A stretch of DNA of 64,000 nt from Mobula birostris (lineage: Eukaryota). Position 1 is the stretch's first letter, and each line of letters starts with the position of its first letter. The stretch lies in assembly GCF_030028105.1 (NCBI RefSeq), contig NC_092401.1, forward strand, positions 6,854,984 through 6,918,983. Direction: 5' to 3'. The position numbers were made by a program, and so were the translations under genes. Of the stretch, positions 1 to 12,325 are shown in pieces. Below the pieces are notes generated by a model. The model was given only the letters and a program-made list of their open reading frames with translations, did no database searches and was not told the DNA's origin.

Positions 1-869
1 TTCACTGACCTCATTGAGTATTCCCCAATGTTGTAGCTTTGTCTGGAACAGGATTGTGCTTTGTGCTGTAACTTTTCACTCACTTAACTGTTTGAATTAG
101 AAGTCCAGATTGGTACTTTTTGGAACTCAGCTATGTTGAACAGGATTTAAATTGCACCATTCTATTAATTAAATACTGCTTTAGCTAGAGGTGTATAGTA
201 CAATTTCTTGAGTGGAATGGAGTAGAATCTATTTGTGCTACGCAATTAAACATGTCATCAGGGATGACTGTGTCTCATTTCTCTGAAATGGAAGGTTCCT
301 TATCCTTATTTAACCCTAAGGATGTGAGAATACAAAAAGAAACAAGCAATTTGACTTTTTCAAAAGATGGATGAGATTGTTCACATTTTTAATGTTGGTA
401 CCTCTTAAAGCCCATTATACAAATAAGTTCTGTTCATGCGGAGCTTGCAAATCTTAACATTATCAGTGGCAAGTTATAGAATAGAGGAAGCTCACATGAA
501 CACATTTAGCAAATTGTGTTGAGGATTTTCTAGGCTTGCTACAAATTACTAAGGTACTGAAAAAGATTGCAGGCAACAAGGCCTTGCCCACCAGGAATAT
601 TACTGACATGATTGGGGAAATCATCTGTGAGCAATTCTCCAAACTTGGTTCTGATAAGGACAACCCTTGAAGTAAGTAATGACTCTATCAATGGGTGGTG
701 CAGTCTTAATTCTTGTCATCTTTAGAGATACTGTGGATCTCTAAATCACAGTGCCTGTACTTTAAATGGAGTTTAAATTCTTCACCATTTGATGTCTATG
801 GATTGAGTTGAAACAAGTCTCATGTACCAATTGATGACACTTTATCTTCTACCTTATTATGCTGCTCAG

Positions 870-2140
870 TTTAGCAGTGATATAAACATAAAGTGGAAAT
901 AGAGGTAGGCCATTCGGTGTCTCTTGATCATGACTGATCTTTTTACTTCAGCACTACTCTGTTTCAGTAATTCCTTAATATCCAAAGATTTATTCATCAC
1001 TTGGATATTCTCATCAACTGAACCTTCACACCCATTCTAAGGAATTCCGAAAATTCACCGACTTTTTGGTTATAAAATTTCCTTTCATCTCAGTCCTGAA
1101 TGATGAACCCCTAATTTTATGATTAACCCCTGATTCTAGTTAACTCAGCCTGAGGAAATATCATCCACAGCCTGTAAGAATATTGTGTGTTTCGATGTGA
1201 TTACTTTAATTTTTTGGGGAGTTCTGCTTATTACTCCTCAAAGAACACAACTGCAATTCCGTCCCAATCAACTACTATACATAGGTTGTACTTGGTCTAT
1301 CTTGGTGAAGGAGACCATATCAGTACTCAGCATTCCAGGTGTGGTTGCACCAGGATAATATATAATTTCAGAAAGATGATTTTACTCTTGTCCTCAAAGC
1401 TTCTTGCAGTTAAAGCCAATATAACATTAATCTTCTTTACTGTTTGTTGTACCTTTTTATCTTTCAGTAAATTGTGAATAAGGACTGAAGCACTTTAGAA
1501 CACGATCAATTATTTTGTAATATTTCAAAGAACACCTTCTAGCAAAATAGATGATTTCTTATATTTCCGTGTTCTTGCCGTTCATTTAGTCAACCAATTC
1601 ACAATAAAAACAACAATGGGATCTGTCGTTGACTATGCTATCAATGCTCATTTTTGATTTCCTCAACCATCCAATGCCTGTCTACCTCCATCACAGCTTT
1701 GGTTCAAATAGGGATCATAAGAGCTGGATTATGGAGGTATTGGTGAGGTTGAATACCCTTTCACATATAGGTAACACTTTATTGAGTGTGTGTCAAGGTA
1801 TCCTTTTTTTTTAAATCAAGGTTTGGAGCTGTTGTCAGTCTTGGCAGTTAGTCATCCCACGTGGTTCCTTGAGGCAGTATCCTGTCCCCTACCATCTTAA
1901 GCTGTGACAGCGATGACCATTCTTCCATCATAAGGGCAGAAGTGAAGATGTTTGCTGATGGCACCATGTTCAGTTTCATTTGTAACTCTGAGCAGGTTAT
2001 TTCCATAAAGTCCTTTTGCGTTCTTCTCAATCCCACCTCTATATGTATGATGAGAAAATTTAGATTTAATAGAGCTGGTGTCCTCATTGAAACAGCTGAT
2101 ACAGACTGTGAACAATTGGGGCCTTTGTACTGATGTTTGC
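870..2140. mobile_element. Old CR1 LINE fragments (minus-strand 3' end ~870-1480; plus-strand RT fragment ~1590-2140)
   Basis: CR1-type 3' end (AGGCCATTCGG) near 907; degenerate RT motifs VP*GSILSP and MFADGT at 1861-1970. Confidence 0.6.
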
Positions 2141-2149
2141 AGTAGCATA

Positions 2150-3005
2150 CAGTCGGCCCTCCGTATCCACGGGGGATTGGTTCTGGGACCCCCCCCCCCC
2201 CCCGCGGANNNNNNNNNNNNNNNNNNNNNNNNNNNNNNNNNNNNNNNNNNNNNNNNNNNNNNNNNNNNNNNNNNNNNNNNNNNNNNNNNNNNNNNNNNNN
2301 NNNNNNNNNNNNNNNNNNNNNNNNNNNNNNNNNNNNNNNNNNNNNNNNNNNNNNNNNNNNNNNNNNNNNNNNNNNNNNNNNNNNNNNNNNNNNNNNNNNN
2401 NNNNNNNNNNNNNNNNNNNNNNNNNNNNNNNNNCTGGGAACGCTGATGCCTCAGCGAAAATAGCATTCAGTGTTTGTTTTGCAGCGAGCCGTTATAGAGG
2501 CAGCGCGCACACCATAGCTTTTAACTGTGTGAGATTTTCGCTACAATTGACAGTGCTGCAATGATTGCAGAAAAGTATGACTTTAATTTTGAAAGGGCAC
2601 GTAGGTTTGGGGCAGGTTCGCAGGATGTTTTGAGTGCTTACAAAGAAATGTATGATAGAAAAATGTGTGAACCTTCCAGTGTGCTCGCTGTCTTCCCGAT
2701 TCTGGTAAGTGAAACTACACTGTACTGTACATACATTATTTCTACTTTATATAGGCTGTGTATTTATCATATCATTCCTGCTTTTACTATGTGTTAGTGT
2801 TATTTTAGGTTTTATATGTTATTTTGTATGATTTGGTAGGTTACTTTTTGGGTCTGGGAACGCTCAAAAATTTTTTCCCATATAAATTAATGGTAATTGC
2901 TTCTTCGTTTACGCCATTTCTGCTCTACTTTCGGATAGCGGGGGAAACCTGTAAAGTATTTTCAATCCGCAGTTGGTTGAATCCGCGGATATGGAGGGCC
3001 GACTG
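2150..3005. mobile_element. Tigger/pogo-type non-autonomous DNA transposon with a second Tigger-family element nested inside
   Basis: TIRs CAGTCGGCCCTCCGTATCC / GGATATGGAGGGCCGACTG flanked by TA; inner piece ending GCGGGGGAAACCTG-TA at 2951 matches the element at 46405-48032. Confidence 0.8.
2209..2433. other. Assembly gap (225 N)
   Basis: Run of N. Confidence 1.
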
Positions 3006-3620
3006 TACTCGTTACAACCTCCCAACCTAACCCACAATTGATTCATTTATTCCTACTTTTTTGTCAATTAACTAATTTTTAGTCTTTATTGGTATTACCC
3101 TCCAATTCCACATGTTACAATTTTCAACGATAAACTCTTCTATGATCAAATCCCAGATATGTCACATCCAGTAGTTCTCCCTGATCAATTCTGCTAATTA
3201 CACCAACAAAGAAACCTCAATAGAATTAGCAAATATGATTTCCTCTCTTGAATCTGTCTCTTAATTTTTGGAGTGTCTCCCACTGAAGCTAATTTATTTG
3301 ATCTTCTGATTCACCCTCCGTGTATTGTTGTCCGTTATTTGGTTTTGTGTGTGGTCTTTGAAGACCAGTTAAGAAGTATTGGTGTAATCATTCCATGTTT
3401 TCGAAACATAGCTTCTCTGCTATAGATGTAAGGGATAAACTTAGAATAATGTTTACTTTCCTGTATCAATTCCTTGGTTATTTGCTCTGTGTTTTCAAAT
3501 ATTACCACTACATGGCTGAAGTTTGAAGCTTGTGTCATAGGATCAAAAGTTGTGAGAAGGGGAGTATGGGATATAAAAGCTTAGACTCCAAATCAATGTA
3601 ATTTATTCTCTTTTTCACAG

Positions 3621-3767
3621 ACTCCACTCATTGGTCACAAGCGGGGTGCCTCTCACCTGATCCCATCGCCTGAGCCCAGTCCAGAGGGAGGCTACATTGG
3701 CCAGCACTCTCAAGGGCTGGGTGGCCACTACGCTGACTCTTACTTGAAGAGGAAGAGGATATTTTAG
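3621..3767 (+). CDS. RAVER1: Ribonucleoprotein PTB-binding 1, last coding exon
   Basis: Acceptor TTCTCTTTTTCACAG; translation [48 protein letters not shown] matches the RAVER1 C-terminus with its KRKR NLS; adjacent to FDX2 as in human. Confidence 0.93.
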   Translation, partial: TPLIGHKRGASHLIPSPEPSPEGGYIGQHSQGLGGHYADSYLKRKRIF

Positions 3768-5404
3768 CTGGGAGCCTGGTGTTTCCATCTAGAATGATGC
3801 AGTTATATTTTGCTTAAGGGTGTAAATCTTGTATAGATATTTTTAATCTGTCAGGTTTTTTTTCTTAATGTTTTGGGGGAGGGGCTATCTTGTATCTGAA
3901 TGTGGGATATGCATAAAGCTAGAACTTGCAGAACTGGCTGAATCATGACCCTGCAGCACCAGGAATGTCAGCCCCAGAATCACTCAATGTGGGCTTGCAC
4001 ACGAGCCGGCTCTTGGGCAGGGAGGGAGGAACGGTGAGGAGCCAGTTGCCATATCTGTCTCCTGTCAACAACAGTGTGGTTAATATCAGAGTACTTGGGA
4101 CACATGAATGAGGCAGAGGAGTAAATAGCATCCAACAGTGCTTCTTGTATTTGCATTCTCTCAGCAAAAGTTGGAGAACCCAGCATATACCTTGCAATTT
4201 GTAACAAACTAACCTCATTTGATCCTGCCTCCCTCAGAGTAGCCACATTGTGTTGGTGCTGCAGCAGAGTGTGCACTTTATATGTGAACATTTTAACCAA
4301 GTATTTTACTCCAGACCCCAGGCTGTCATTTCCCTTTCATAATTTCCAGTGCTATTTGCTTTTTGTTCCCCAAGAGATGGGAATTATTTTTATCAGTTAC
4401 TCCCCTTTTGTTTTAATTGATCTACAACACAGTTTTGGCTTTGAGGGTTTGTCATGACTCTGTCTAGTCTGAATTTCAGTCCTTGTGCATACCCCTAACA
4501 TCTATGTTTCTTTTGGTGTTTTTCCCTAATTTTTCGTTTCAATCTATGAATCAACTTTTGCCTTAATTTAGAAATTATTGTTAATCTAATTTTTAGGGAA
4601 TTATTTGCAGTGAAAGGGTTACATGCTCATCCTTTTACTTTTTTTTAAGAAAGCGAGTGGTAGGCATGACTTTTTATCCCTGCCATTTCATTTGGCATAT
4701 GTATTTGTGCCTGTGTTAGTTCCTCATTATTACAAGTTTGTTCTGCAAAGACTTCGTTAAATTCCTGCTGTCTGTTAATTTGTGGTCCTGTTATGTTGAG
4801 CATTGCTCTAACGCTTGGGCAGAAACCCTAAACTGGCAAATATGGGACCCTAGTGGTTTAAAAAAAAATGTAAATATAATAAGAACCAGCGCAGCTAAGT
4901 AGACACCAGCTCCAGATTAAAGCTGCAGAAACCTGTGCTGCTTATGTTTTCTGGTAAACATGCCTATTTTGTCCAAAGCTTGCAGTGGAGTATCTCTTCC
5001 CCTTTAGCACACCTCTGGTCCTTGAAATTTGGGAGTTGAAAAATAATTAGTTTCACTTGGTATTTGTCCAGTTTACCTGATAGCAGCACATGATCTTTTA
5101 AATCCCCATAGCCTCTCTGCTTTGTTGAGACATTATAAAACCAAGGTGAACAGTGAGTTACAGAAAAAAATTTTCTTCATTTGCTGGAAATATAAATTCA
5201 CTATGCCTTTTATCATCTTCTGTCCACTTTTCCCAACAGAAATGGATAAATATTGGCAGTGACTGAGGAGTGAGAAACCTTTGTGGTGACTTGATGTGGC
5301 ATTAGGAGAGGGAGGATGGGGGTTGCAGAAACTGAGTCAAACATGGGCCAAAAAAGTACCAATGGTGCATAAACTGCTTGTGAGAAAGCGCTTTACTGTG
5401 ACTT

Positions 5405-6294
5405 AATAAAGGCCTTTGCACCTACCTAACCTGGCATTGTAGCCAGCCCTTCAGTGTGTTTTACTTTGTGCTTGGACTCAAATCTGACCATGTTACCACA
5501 TGAACTCTGGACAGTTCCAACGGGCAGGTCTCTGGAGTATCCATAATGCAGGATCCACTCTAATACCATTCCAATCTGAATTGAATCCCTGCCTCTGTAA
5601 TTGCAAAGAGCAACAGAAATCCCAACATAAATAACTTGTGAGCCTTCTCTAGGATAAGATGTTGCATTGAATTTCTTTGCATCAGCCCCAAGTTCTTCCC
5701 CCTCAACAAAGGTCAGCTATGATATTGCAGCTTCAATCTCCCAATTCAGAATTGGGAATCTTAACTTTCAAATCATTTGGTTCTGTTGCAAAACAGTGGG
5801 GTTGATGTAATTGAATACTGAGCCTTAGCAATTCACCAGTTTGCTCTTGAACAGGAAGTAACCAGGTGTGGTGTCTGATGACCCCTGCTGGTCTACTTGG
5901 GACCCAACTATCATGCTCAACTGTAGGAGCACTCTGTTTGCCCAGGGTTCCTGGATGCACTTGAAGACTATAATCTATGCAGGATGGATCTGAAATGGAT
6001 GCAAAGGAGGTGTTCCTGCATCTGTAGCATTAAACAAGTGTTGGCCCCTTGCCTGGGTACTGGTGGAAGAGAAGCTTTATGTCCTACCCTAATGGCATCA
6101 ATGCTGAGTATGTAGAAGTGGAGGGCCGCATTCCTCTGGTTCATATACATTTGAACTTCCTCTTCTGAGGGATGTGAAATTAATGGGTCTAAAAAAAAAA
6201 ATGAAGGCTCAATGGACTTTTGTTTAGCTGCATAATTAGTTAGAAAACAAATACAGTTTCATGTTTGGAGAATATATTCAACATCTCTAATAAA
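5405..6294 (+). terminator. Candidate RAVER1 polyadenylation signals (AATAAA at 5405-5410 and 6289-6294)
   Basis: AATAAA hexamers near the end of a repeat-free, U-rich 3'UTR-like stretch; repeats resume at ~6450. Confidence 0.5.
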
Positions 6295-6449
6295 ATTGGA
6301 ATTTTCTCATTGGTTGGATGTCTTTTAGATTTTAAAAACAAAACCTGACTCATCACTGTCATTAGTTTATGGAAAGTCCTACATATGATATGGAAAAAAA
6401 AACAAATGATTGAACCCTTGCATACACTTTATTTCCTATATGCATGTTT

Positions 6450-6695
6450 TAATCTTTTCTTTGAGGTACAGTGTGGAATAGGCCTTTCTGGTCCTTTGAG
6501 CCACGCTGCTTGATTTAACCCTAGCCTAAGCACGGGACAATTTACCATGACCAACTGGAACATCTTGGGACTGTGGGAGGAAACCAAGGCACTCATGGAG
6601 AGAACACACAAACTCCTTACAGACAGTATTGGGAATTGTATCCAGGTCCCTGGTACTGTAAAGTGTTGTGCTAATCACGACACAACCGTGCCACC
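6450..6695 (-). mobile_element. tRNA-derived SINE
   Basis: Reverse complement resembles the SINE at 55352-55640, with an A-box-like head GGCACGGTTGTGTCGTGATTAGC. Confidence 0.65.
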
Positions 6696-6984
6696 CTATT
6701 CATATCCTGACCAATGCATTTCTGGCAACTTGTTAATTCTTTAAATGCAAATTGGTCCAATCTTTCCTCATTTTTATGCCACGTCAGCAATCTGTGCTGT
6801 TGCAGGTTCTGGTCACCAGACTTCCTGAGGGAGAATTTCTTCAATCAGTCTTGTCATCCCACTTTCAGGCAGAGTTTCAAGTTCTATGGTTTATTTGCAC
6901 TCTTGCAATCTCACAGTGGATGCACTCATTCTGCAAAACAGAAAGAGGGTGAGGCAGCTGGATAGTTTAGGATGAAAATTCAAG

Positions 6985-7500
6985 GGACGAGATGCTGGAA
7001 TCTGGAACAAACAACAACCTGCTGGGGAAAACCTAGTGTGTCAGGCAGTATCCATGGAAGGAAATGGACTGTCAACATTTTAGAGTGAGACCCTTCACCT
7101 AAAGAGTTGAATGGAGGGGTTGAGGCAAGAGGAGGCAAACAATAGGTAGATCCAGGTGAATAGGGATTAATTGGCAGATGTAGTTAGAAAGAGAGAAGCT
7201 TGGAGAAACAGATAGAGATGATGGTTGGAATCTGATAGTAAAGCAACATGGAGGAACCATGGTAAGGCAGATATAGTGGGACAGGTGTGAACAGTGAAGG
7301 GGGTGTGCGGGTGATGAGTCGATGTGAGAAGGAAAAGAAATTAGGCGATCAGAGACTGGGAGAGATGGTTAGGGTAGATCAGAGGGGAGCAGAGTACCTG
7401 CAATTTGAGAATTCAATATTCATGCAGTTTTAAGTTGCATGCTACCCACGTGGGGTGTGAGGTGTTCTAGTTTGCATTTACCCTCACCCAGGAAGCAGGG
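6985..7500 (-). mobile_element. Penelope-like element 3' fragment (degenerate)
   Basis: Same layout as 15390-16670: GIY-YIG tail remnant, pyrimidine-rich region, degenerate hammerhead motif, TTCCAGCATCT tail. Confidence 0.55.
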
Positions 7501-7779
7501 GACAAATGGGACACTTTGCAAATGGTGAAATAAACCAAAATTTCTTGCGAGGAAGTGCCAGTTAGTCTTGGTGGATGGGATGTGCAGTTATTTCAGAAGA
7601 ACAAGCTCAACAATTTAGTGAAATCATAGCTACATGCTGTTAATTCAGTGGCAGAACCTTTAAAGCCATCTTAGAAAATTCTAATAACATACCACACTTT
7701 TGGTATAGAAATTCCTATTTGAATCTTGAGTGGCAAACCCCATTTTCAGAATTTGATCCCTGCTTCAGTCCAGGGCTTG

Positions 7780-8238
7780 AATGTTATCAGCTCCTACGAG
7801 GTTAAATCAAGTGATATGGGTAACAACAGGATTTTGCGTCTAGATGAGCTCAATGCCTTCTATGCTCGCTTTGACTGTTAGAACATGGAGAAACCATTGA
7901 ATCCCCACATGCCCCGATGATCCAATGATCTCAGTCTCTGAAGCTGATGTGCAGGCAGAATTCACAAGGATGAATCCATGGAAAGCATCTGGACCAGATG
8001 AGATACTTCGCCACATACTGAAGGCCCGTGCTAACTAACTGGCTGATATGTTCACTGAGATCTTTAAACTCGTTGGACTTCAGGAGAGGGTTAGCAACTT
8101 TAAATTTCCGAATGTTAATATTTCAGAGGAGCTGCCCTGGACCTAGCACGTAAGTGCAATTGCAAAGAAAGCACGGCAGCGCTTTAGGAGTGTGGGGTTA
8201 TTCGGCGCGACATCTAAAATTTTGACAAACTAGATGTG
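7780..8238 (+). mobile_element. Rex1/Babar-type LINE fragment
   Basis: Decayed ORF2 motifs (LDELNAFYARFD, KASGPD, FKFPNVNISEEL). Confidence 0.6.
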
Positions 8239-9809
8239 TAGTTGCAAGAAAAGGTTTGTGAACTCTGCAATTACCTGGTTTTCTGCATTATTTACTCAAA
8301 ATATGGTCTAATCTTCACCCAAGTCACAATAATAGACAAACACAATCTGCCTAAACTAATAACATACAAACAATTGCACTTTTCATGTTTTTATTGAACA
8401 CATTGTTTAATCATTCACAGCCGAGGCGGGAAAAAGTGTGAATTTAATAACTGGTAGAACCTCCTTCAGTAGCAATAACCTCTACCAAGTGTGATCAGAC
8501 TTGCACAATGGTGAGAAGGAATTTTAGAGCATTCCTCCATACAAAATTGTTTCATTCATCAATATATCTGGGATACCTTGCATGAACAACCCTTTTTGGG
8601 TCATGCCACGGCATCTCAAGTTTGTTAAGGTCTGGACTCTGACTTGGCCATTCCAAAACGATAATTTTCTTCTTTTAAAATCATTTTGTTGTTGATTCAC
8701 TCTTGTGTTTCGGATCATTGTCTTGTTGCATTATCCGACTTCTATTAAGCTTCAGGTAACTGACCGCTAGCATGACATTTTCATGTAAAATGTCTTGATA
8801 CAAATTTGAATTAATTGTTCCCTCAACAACTGTAAGCTGTCCAGGTCCTGAGGCAGCAAAGCAGATCCAAATCATAATGCTCCTTCCACCATGCTTCACA
8901 GTTGGGATGAGGTTTTGGTGTTGGTGTCCATTGCCCTTTTCCCTCTGAACATAGCCATGTGCTTTTCTGTCAAAAAGTCCAAATTTTGTCCCATCCGTCC
9001 ACAGAACATGGTCTCAGAAGCATTGTAGAACATCCAAGTGGTCTTTTGCAAACTTGAGGTGTGCAACAATGTTTTCTTTTGTTTGGAGAGCAGTGATTTC
9101 CTCCATGGTGTTCTTCCATGTATGTTCACTGTTTTTCTTGTAGTGGAGACATGAACAGAACAGATACTTTAGCAAATTCTAGAGATTTCTGCAGGTCTTT
9201 TTCTGTTACCCTTGGGTTCTTTGTCACCCCCTTCAGCATCGCACGTTGTGATCTTGGTGTGATATTTCCAGGGAGAGTAGCAACAGTACTAAATTTCCTC
9301 CATTCCTAGACAATTTCTATTTCTGTGGACCGATGAACACTCAGGTATTTAGAAATGCTTTAGTAGCCTTTTCCAGTTTTATGCACCTGTACAATTCTTC
9401 TAAGGTCCTCTGAAGGTTGTTTTGATCGAGACATGGTGCAGATAAATAGATCTTTCTTGAGAACAGCAGGCTCAGTCAGTAACCATTGTGTGTCCTTTTT
9501 TATAGGGCAGAGTACCTCCACAACCAACACTTACAATCTCACCTCATGGATTGGAACACCTGCCTCCAAATAGCTTTTGTAGAAGGCATTACCCCAGATG
9601 TTTACATACTTCTTCCAAAAAATACATGTAATATTGAATGATTTTTCTCAAATAAATGAACAATCATAATGGTTGTGTTATTTATTTAATTGGTTTCACT
9701 TTTACAGTATCTGGTTTTCGGGCGCGTGAAGATCTGATCACGTTTTAGGTTATATTTATGCGGAAATAGAGAAAATTCTACAGGGTTCACAAACTTTCTA
9801 GCACCACTT
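8239..9809 (-). mobile_element. Tc1/mariner transposon, decayed transposase
   Basis: Minus ORFs KHGGRSIMIWICFAASGPGQL...QQDNDPKHKS (DDE domain); Tc1-type termini (AAGGTTTGTGAAC / GTTCACAAACTTT). Confidence 0.9.
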
Positions 9810-9989
9810 TATGTTAAATCATTGTAGGAGAGTCTGTTGTCCAATTTTGTTGGACCAGGATCACTATTGTACAGTGACCTCGTATGAACAAAATTGGCAT
9901 CTTCTAATCAGGACTCGGCGTGGAAACAAGTTATCCTCAGCCCGAGGAACTGCCAAAAGGGTCTTTCCCTTTAAGAACCAGTCATCTCC

Positions 9990-10044
9990 TTCCCTTTAAG
10001 AGGGCGGAGCCGACGTGACGCGACGATCACGTGGTGGAACTGGC
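9990..10044 (+). promoter_or_regulatory. FDX2 CpG-island promoter
   Basis: GC box GGGCGG, TGACG half-CRE and E-box CACGTG (10028-10033) directly upstream of the ATG; CpG-rich ~9990-10270. Confidence 0.7.
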
Positions 10045-10171
10045 ATGGCGGCGGCCATCGGGGTTCGGCGATGCTTCGGAAGGGCCATGAGGGCCGCCCG
10101 TTGGTGCGTGTCCCGGCGGCCGGAGTCGCGGTTCTGCTTGGCTCAGCACCAAGCCTTCCACCTCCGGCCGT
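10045..10171 (+). CDS. FDX2: Ferredoxin-2 (mitochondrial) exon 1, Arg-rich targeting peptide
   Basis: GGCATGG start; MAAAIGVRRCFGRAMRAARWCVSRR...; donor GTGAGT at 10172, phase 1. Confidence 0.85.
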
Positions 10172-11569
10172 GTGAGTTCGACGGAAAGGCGGACCATACA
10201 GGTGGGCACTTACCCCTCTCAGATTGGGGGGGGGGGGTGGGGGAGCGGTGACCGGCGGGAAGAAGCGGGAGCTGGAAGGGGAGGGGAAGGTGTGTATTAT
10301 AGTATCCCTGTGTGGAAGGTAGGCGGAACAGATTATTAATGTCATTGGTGTCATGTTTGACTGAGGTGATCTTCAGAATGCCCATCACTGACCGTCTCTT
10401 TGACTGGCACAGCATTGCTGTCTCCGACCCTGCCTGACCTCCCATCAACTAAATCTAGGTCTCCCCTGGAATGCAATTCTGACTGCCTGCCCGGTTACTG
10501 CCACTGCTTTTAAAACGTATACATGCACAAATTAATAACTTGGCAGAATCCATTCACAATCAGATCTCCCCTGAATATTATTCAGAAGGTTCCTTGCAGC
10601 ATTTGGGTGATATCAGCAGTACTTATTATTTAAAAATGTCTTTCATTACTACTTTTCATTGTTAACATGTCCTCTGAGTTACAATACAAAATCATTTCCA
10701 AACACCAATCACAAATTGCTTTCCATAGATGTTGCCTGACCAGTTAGGCATTTTATTTATTTACTGAGGTACAGCTTCTGGTCCTTGGCGCTGTGCCGCC
10801 CAGCAACTCCCGATTTAACCCTAGGGTAATCATGGGACAAACAGCAACAACCAATTAAGCTACTGACCATACATCTTACATGGAAGAAAAGCAGAGCACT
10901 CAGAGAAACCTCATGCATTCGCTGGCACTGTTTTTCAAAATTAATTTCAAATTCTCAGCATCTGAAACTTTTGGATTTAATTTTGGATCAAACCCCCTTC
11001 AGAATTTATATATTTCAGATTTGTTATGACACAGAAGGAACCCTCTGGGTCTATCCCAGCTCTCAACAGAGCAATACAATTATTCCTATTCCTGATGAAG
11101 GGTCTTTGACCTGAACAACTAAGCTTGGCTCTTTTCAGTGGTAGATAAAGAGTCTACACACTGATCGGTTAAGGATTGCAGATTTTCTTGCCGAAGGATG
11201 CTGATCCATTTTTTTTTACTAGTACTGTACTGATATTATTTTCTCATTTCAGACTCGTTTGATTAATTAAATTAAAATGTGTTAGCTTCATGAGAGAATG
11301 TGAGCTGTTTCTCTGGATCACTACTCCAGTAATTTAGTTAATATATTACTTTACCATGTGGACTAATAAAATGACAGGCTGAAAGTGTTCTTATGGATTG
11401 AAATGGATTAAATATCCTGATTTTAATTTACTCAGCTATACTATAGAAGTAAGCCATTTACCTGAGGTTTAATTGCTTCCCAAGTTGTTGTGAACTGGCA
11501 GATGGGTGACTTCAGTGTGACATTGAGTAGTCTTGGCTTAAACACATCGACCCCTCTTTTTGTTTCCAG

Positions 11570-11621
11570 ATGTCTCTCAGTGTGAGGATTCAAATCAGAA
11601 ACCTGAGAATTCTGCCGCTGT
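11570..11621 (+). CDS. FDX2: Ferredoxin-2 exon 2 (52 nt)
   Basis: Acceptor TTTTTGTTTCCAG, donor GTAAGT; phases 1 to 2 join exons 1 and 3 in frame (YVSQCEDSNQKPENSAAV). Confidence 0.8.
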
Positions 11622-11640
11622 GTAAGTACAGAAACCCAGC

Positions 11641-12125
11641 ATGTTTGCTGTTGTGTGCTGGGGCAGTAGGCTGAGGGTAGCAGACACCAACAGAATCAAC
11701 AAACTCATTCGTAAAGCTGGTGATGTTGTGGGGATGGAACTGGACTCTCTGACGGTGGCGTCTGAAAAAAGGATGCTGTCCAAGTTGCATGCCATCTTGG
11801 ACAATGTCTCCCATCCACTACATAATGTACTGGTTGGGCACAGGAGTACATTCAGCCAGAGACTCATTCCATCGAGATGCAACACTGAGCGTCATAGGAG
11901 GTCATTCCTGCCTGTGGCCATCAAACTTTACAACTCCTCCCTTGGAGGGTCAGACACCCTGAGCCAATAGGCTGGTCCTGGACTTATTTCCTGGCATAAT
12001 TTACATATTATTATTTAACTATTTATGGTTTTATATTGCTATATTTATACTCTATTCTTGGTTGGTGCAACTGTAACAAAACCCAATTTCCCTCGGGATC
12101 AATAAAGTATGACTATGACAATGAC
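11641..12125 (+). mobile_element. Rex1/Babar-type LINE 3' end
   Basis: ORF 11641-11970 is a typical RT C-terminus (ILDNVSHPLH...RRSFLPVAIKLYN); AATAAA then (TATGAC)n tail. Confidence 0.85.
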
Positions 12126-12325
12126 ATTGGGGCGCCAGCATTCTGCACTGCCATCAGTTCAGTTCAGTTCCTTGTCCACCTCCTGAATGTGCTTCATCAT
12201 GCTGAGTTGTGCACTTCCTTGTGATGTCGATCTGCAGACTAACGATGAGCTCATCATAATTCCCAGTGGTGAAGTCACACTGAAGTACAAAGTTCAAAGT
12301 AAATTTCATTATCAGAATCTATATA

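Noticed and set aside
600-676. Possible upstream RAVER1 exon ending at GAA|GTAAGT
   Set aside because: No translation resembling RAVER1 and no convincing acceptor.
1897-2564. Long ORFs spanning 1.9-2.6 kb
   Set aside because: Artefacts of the N gap.
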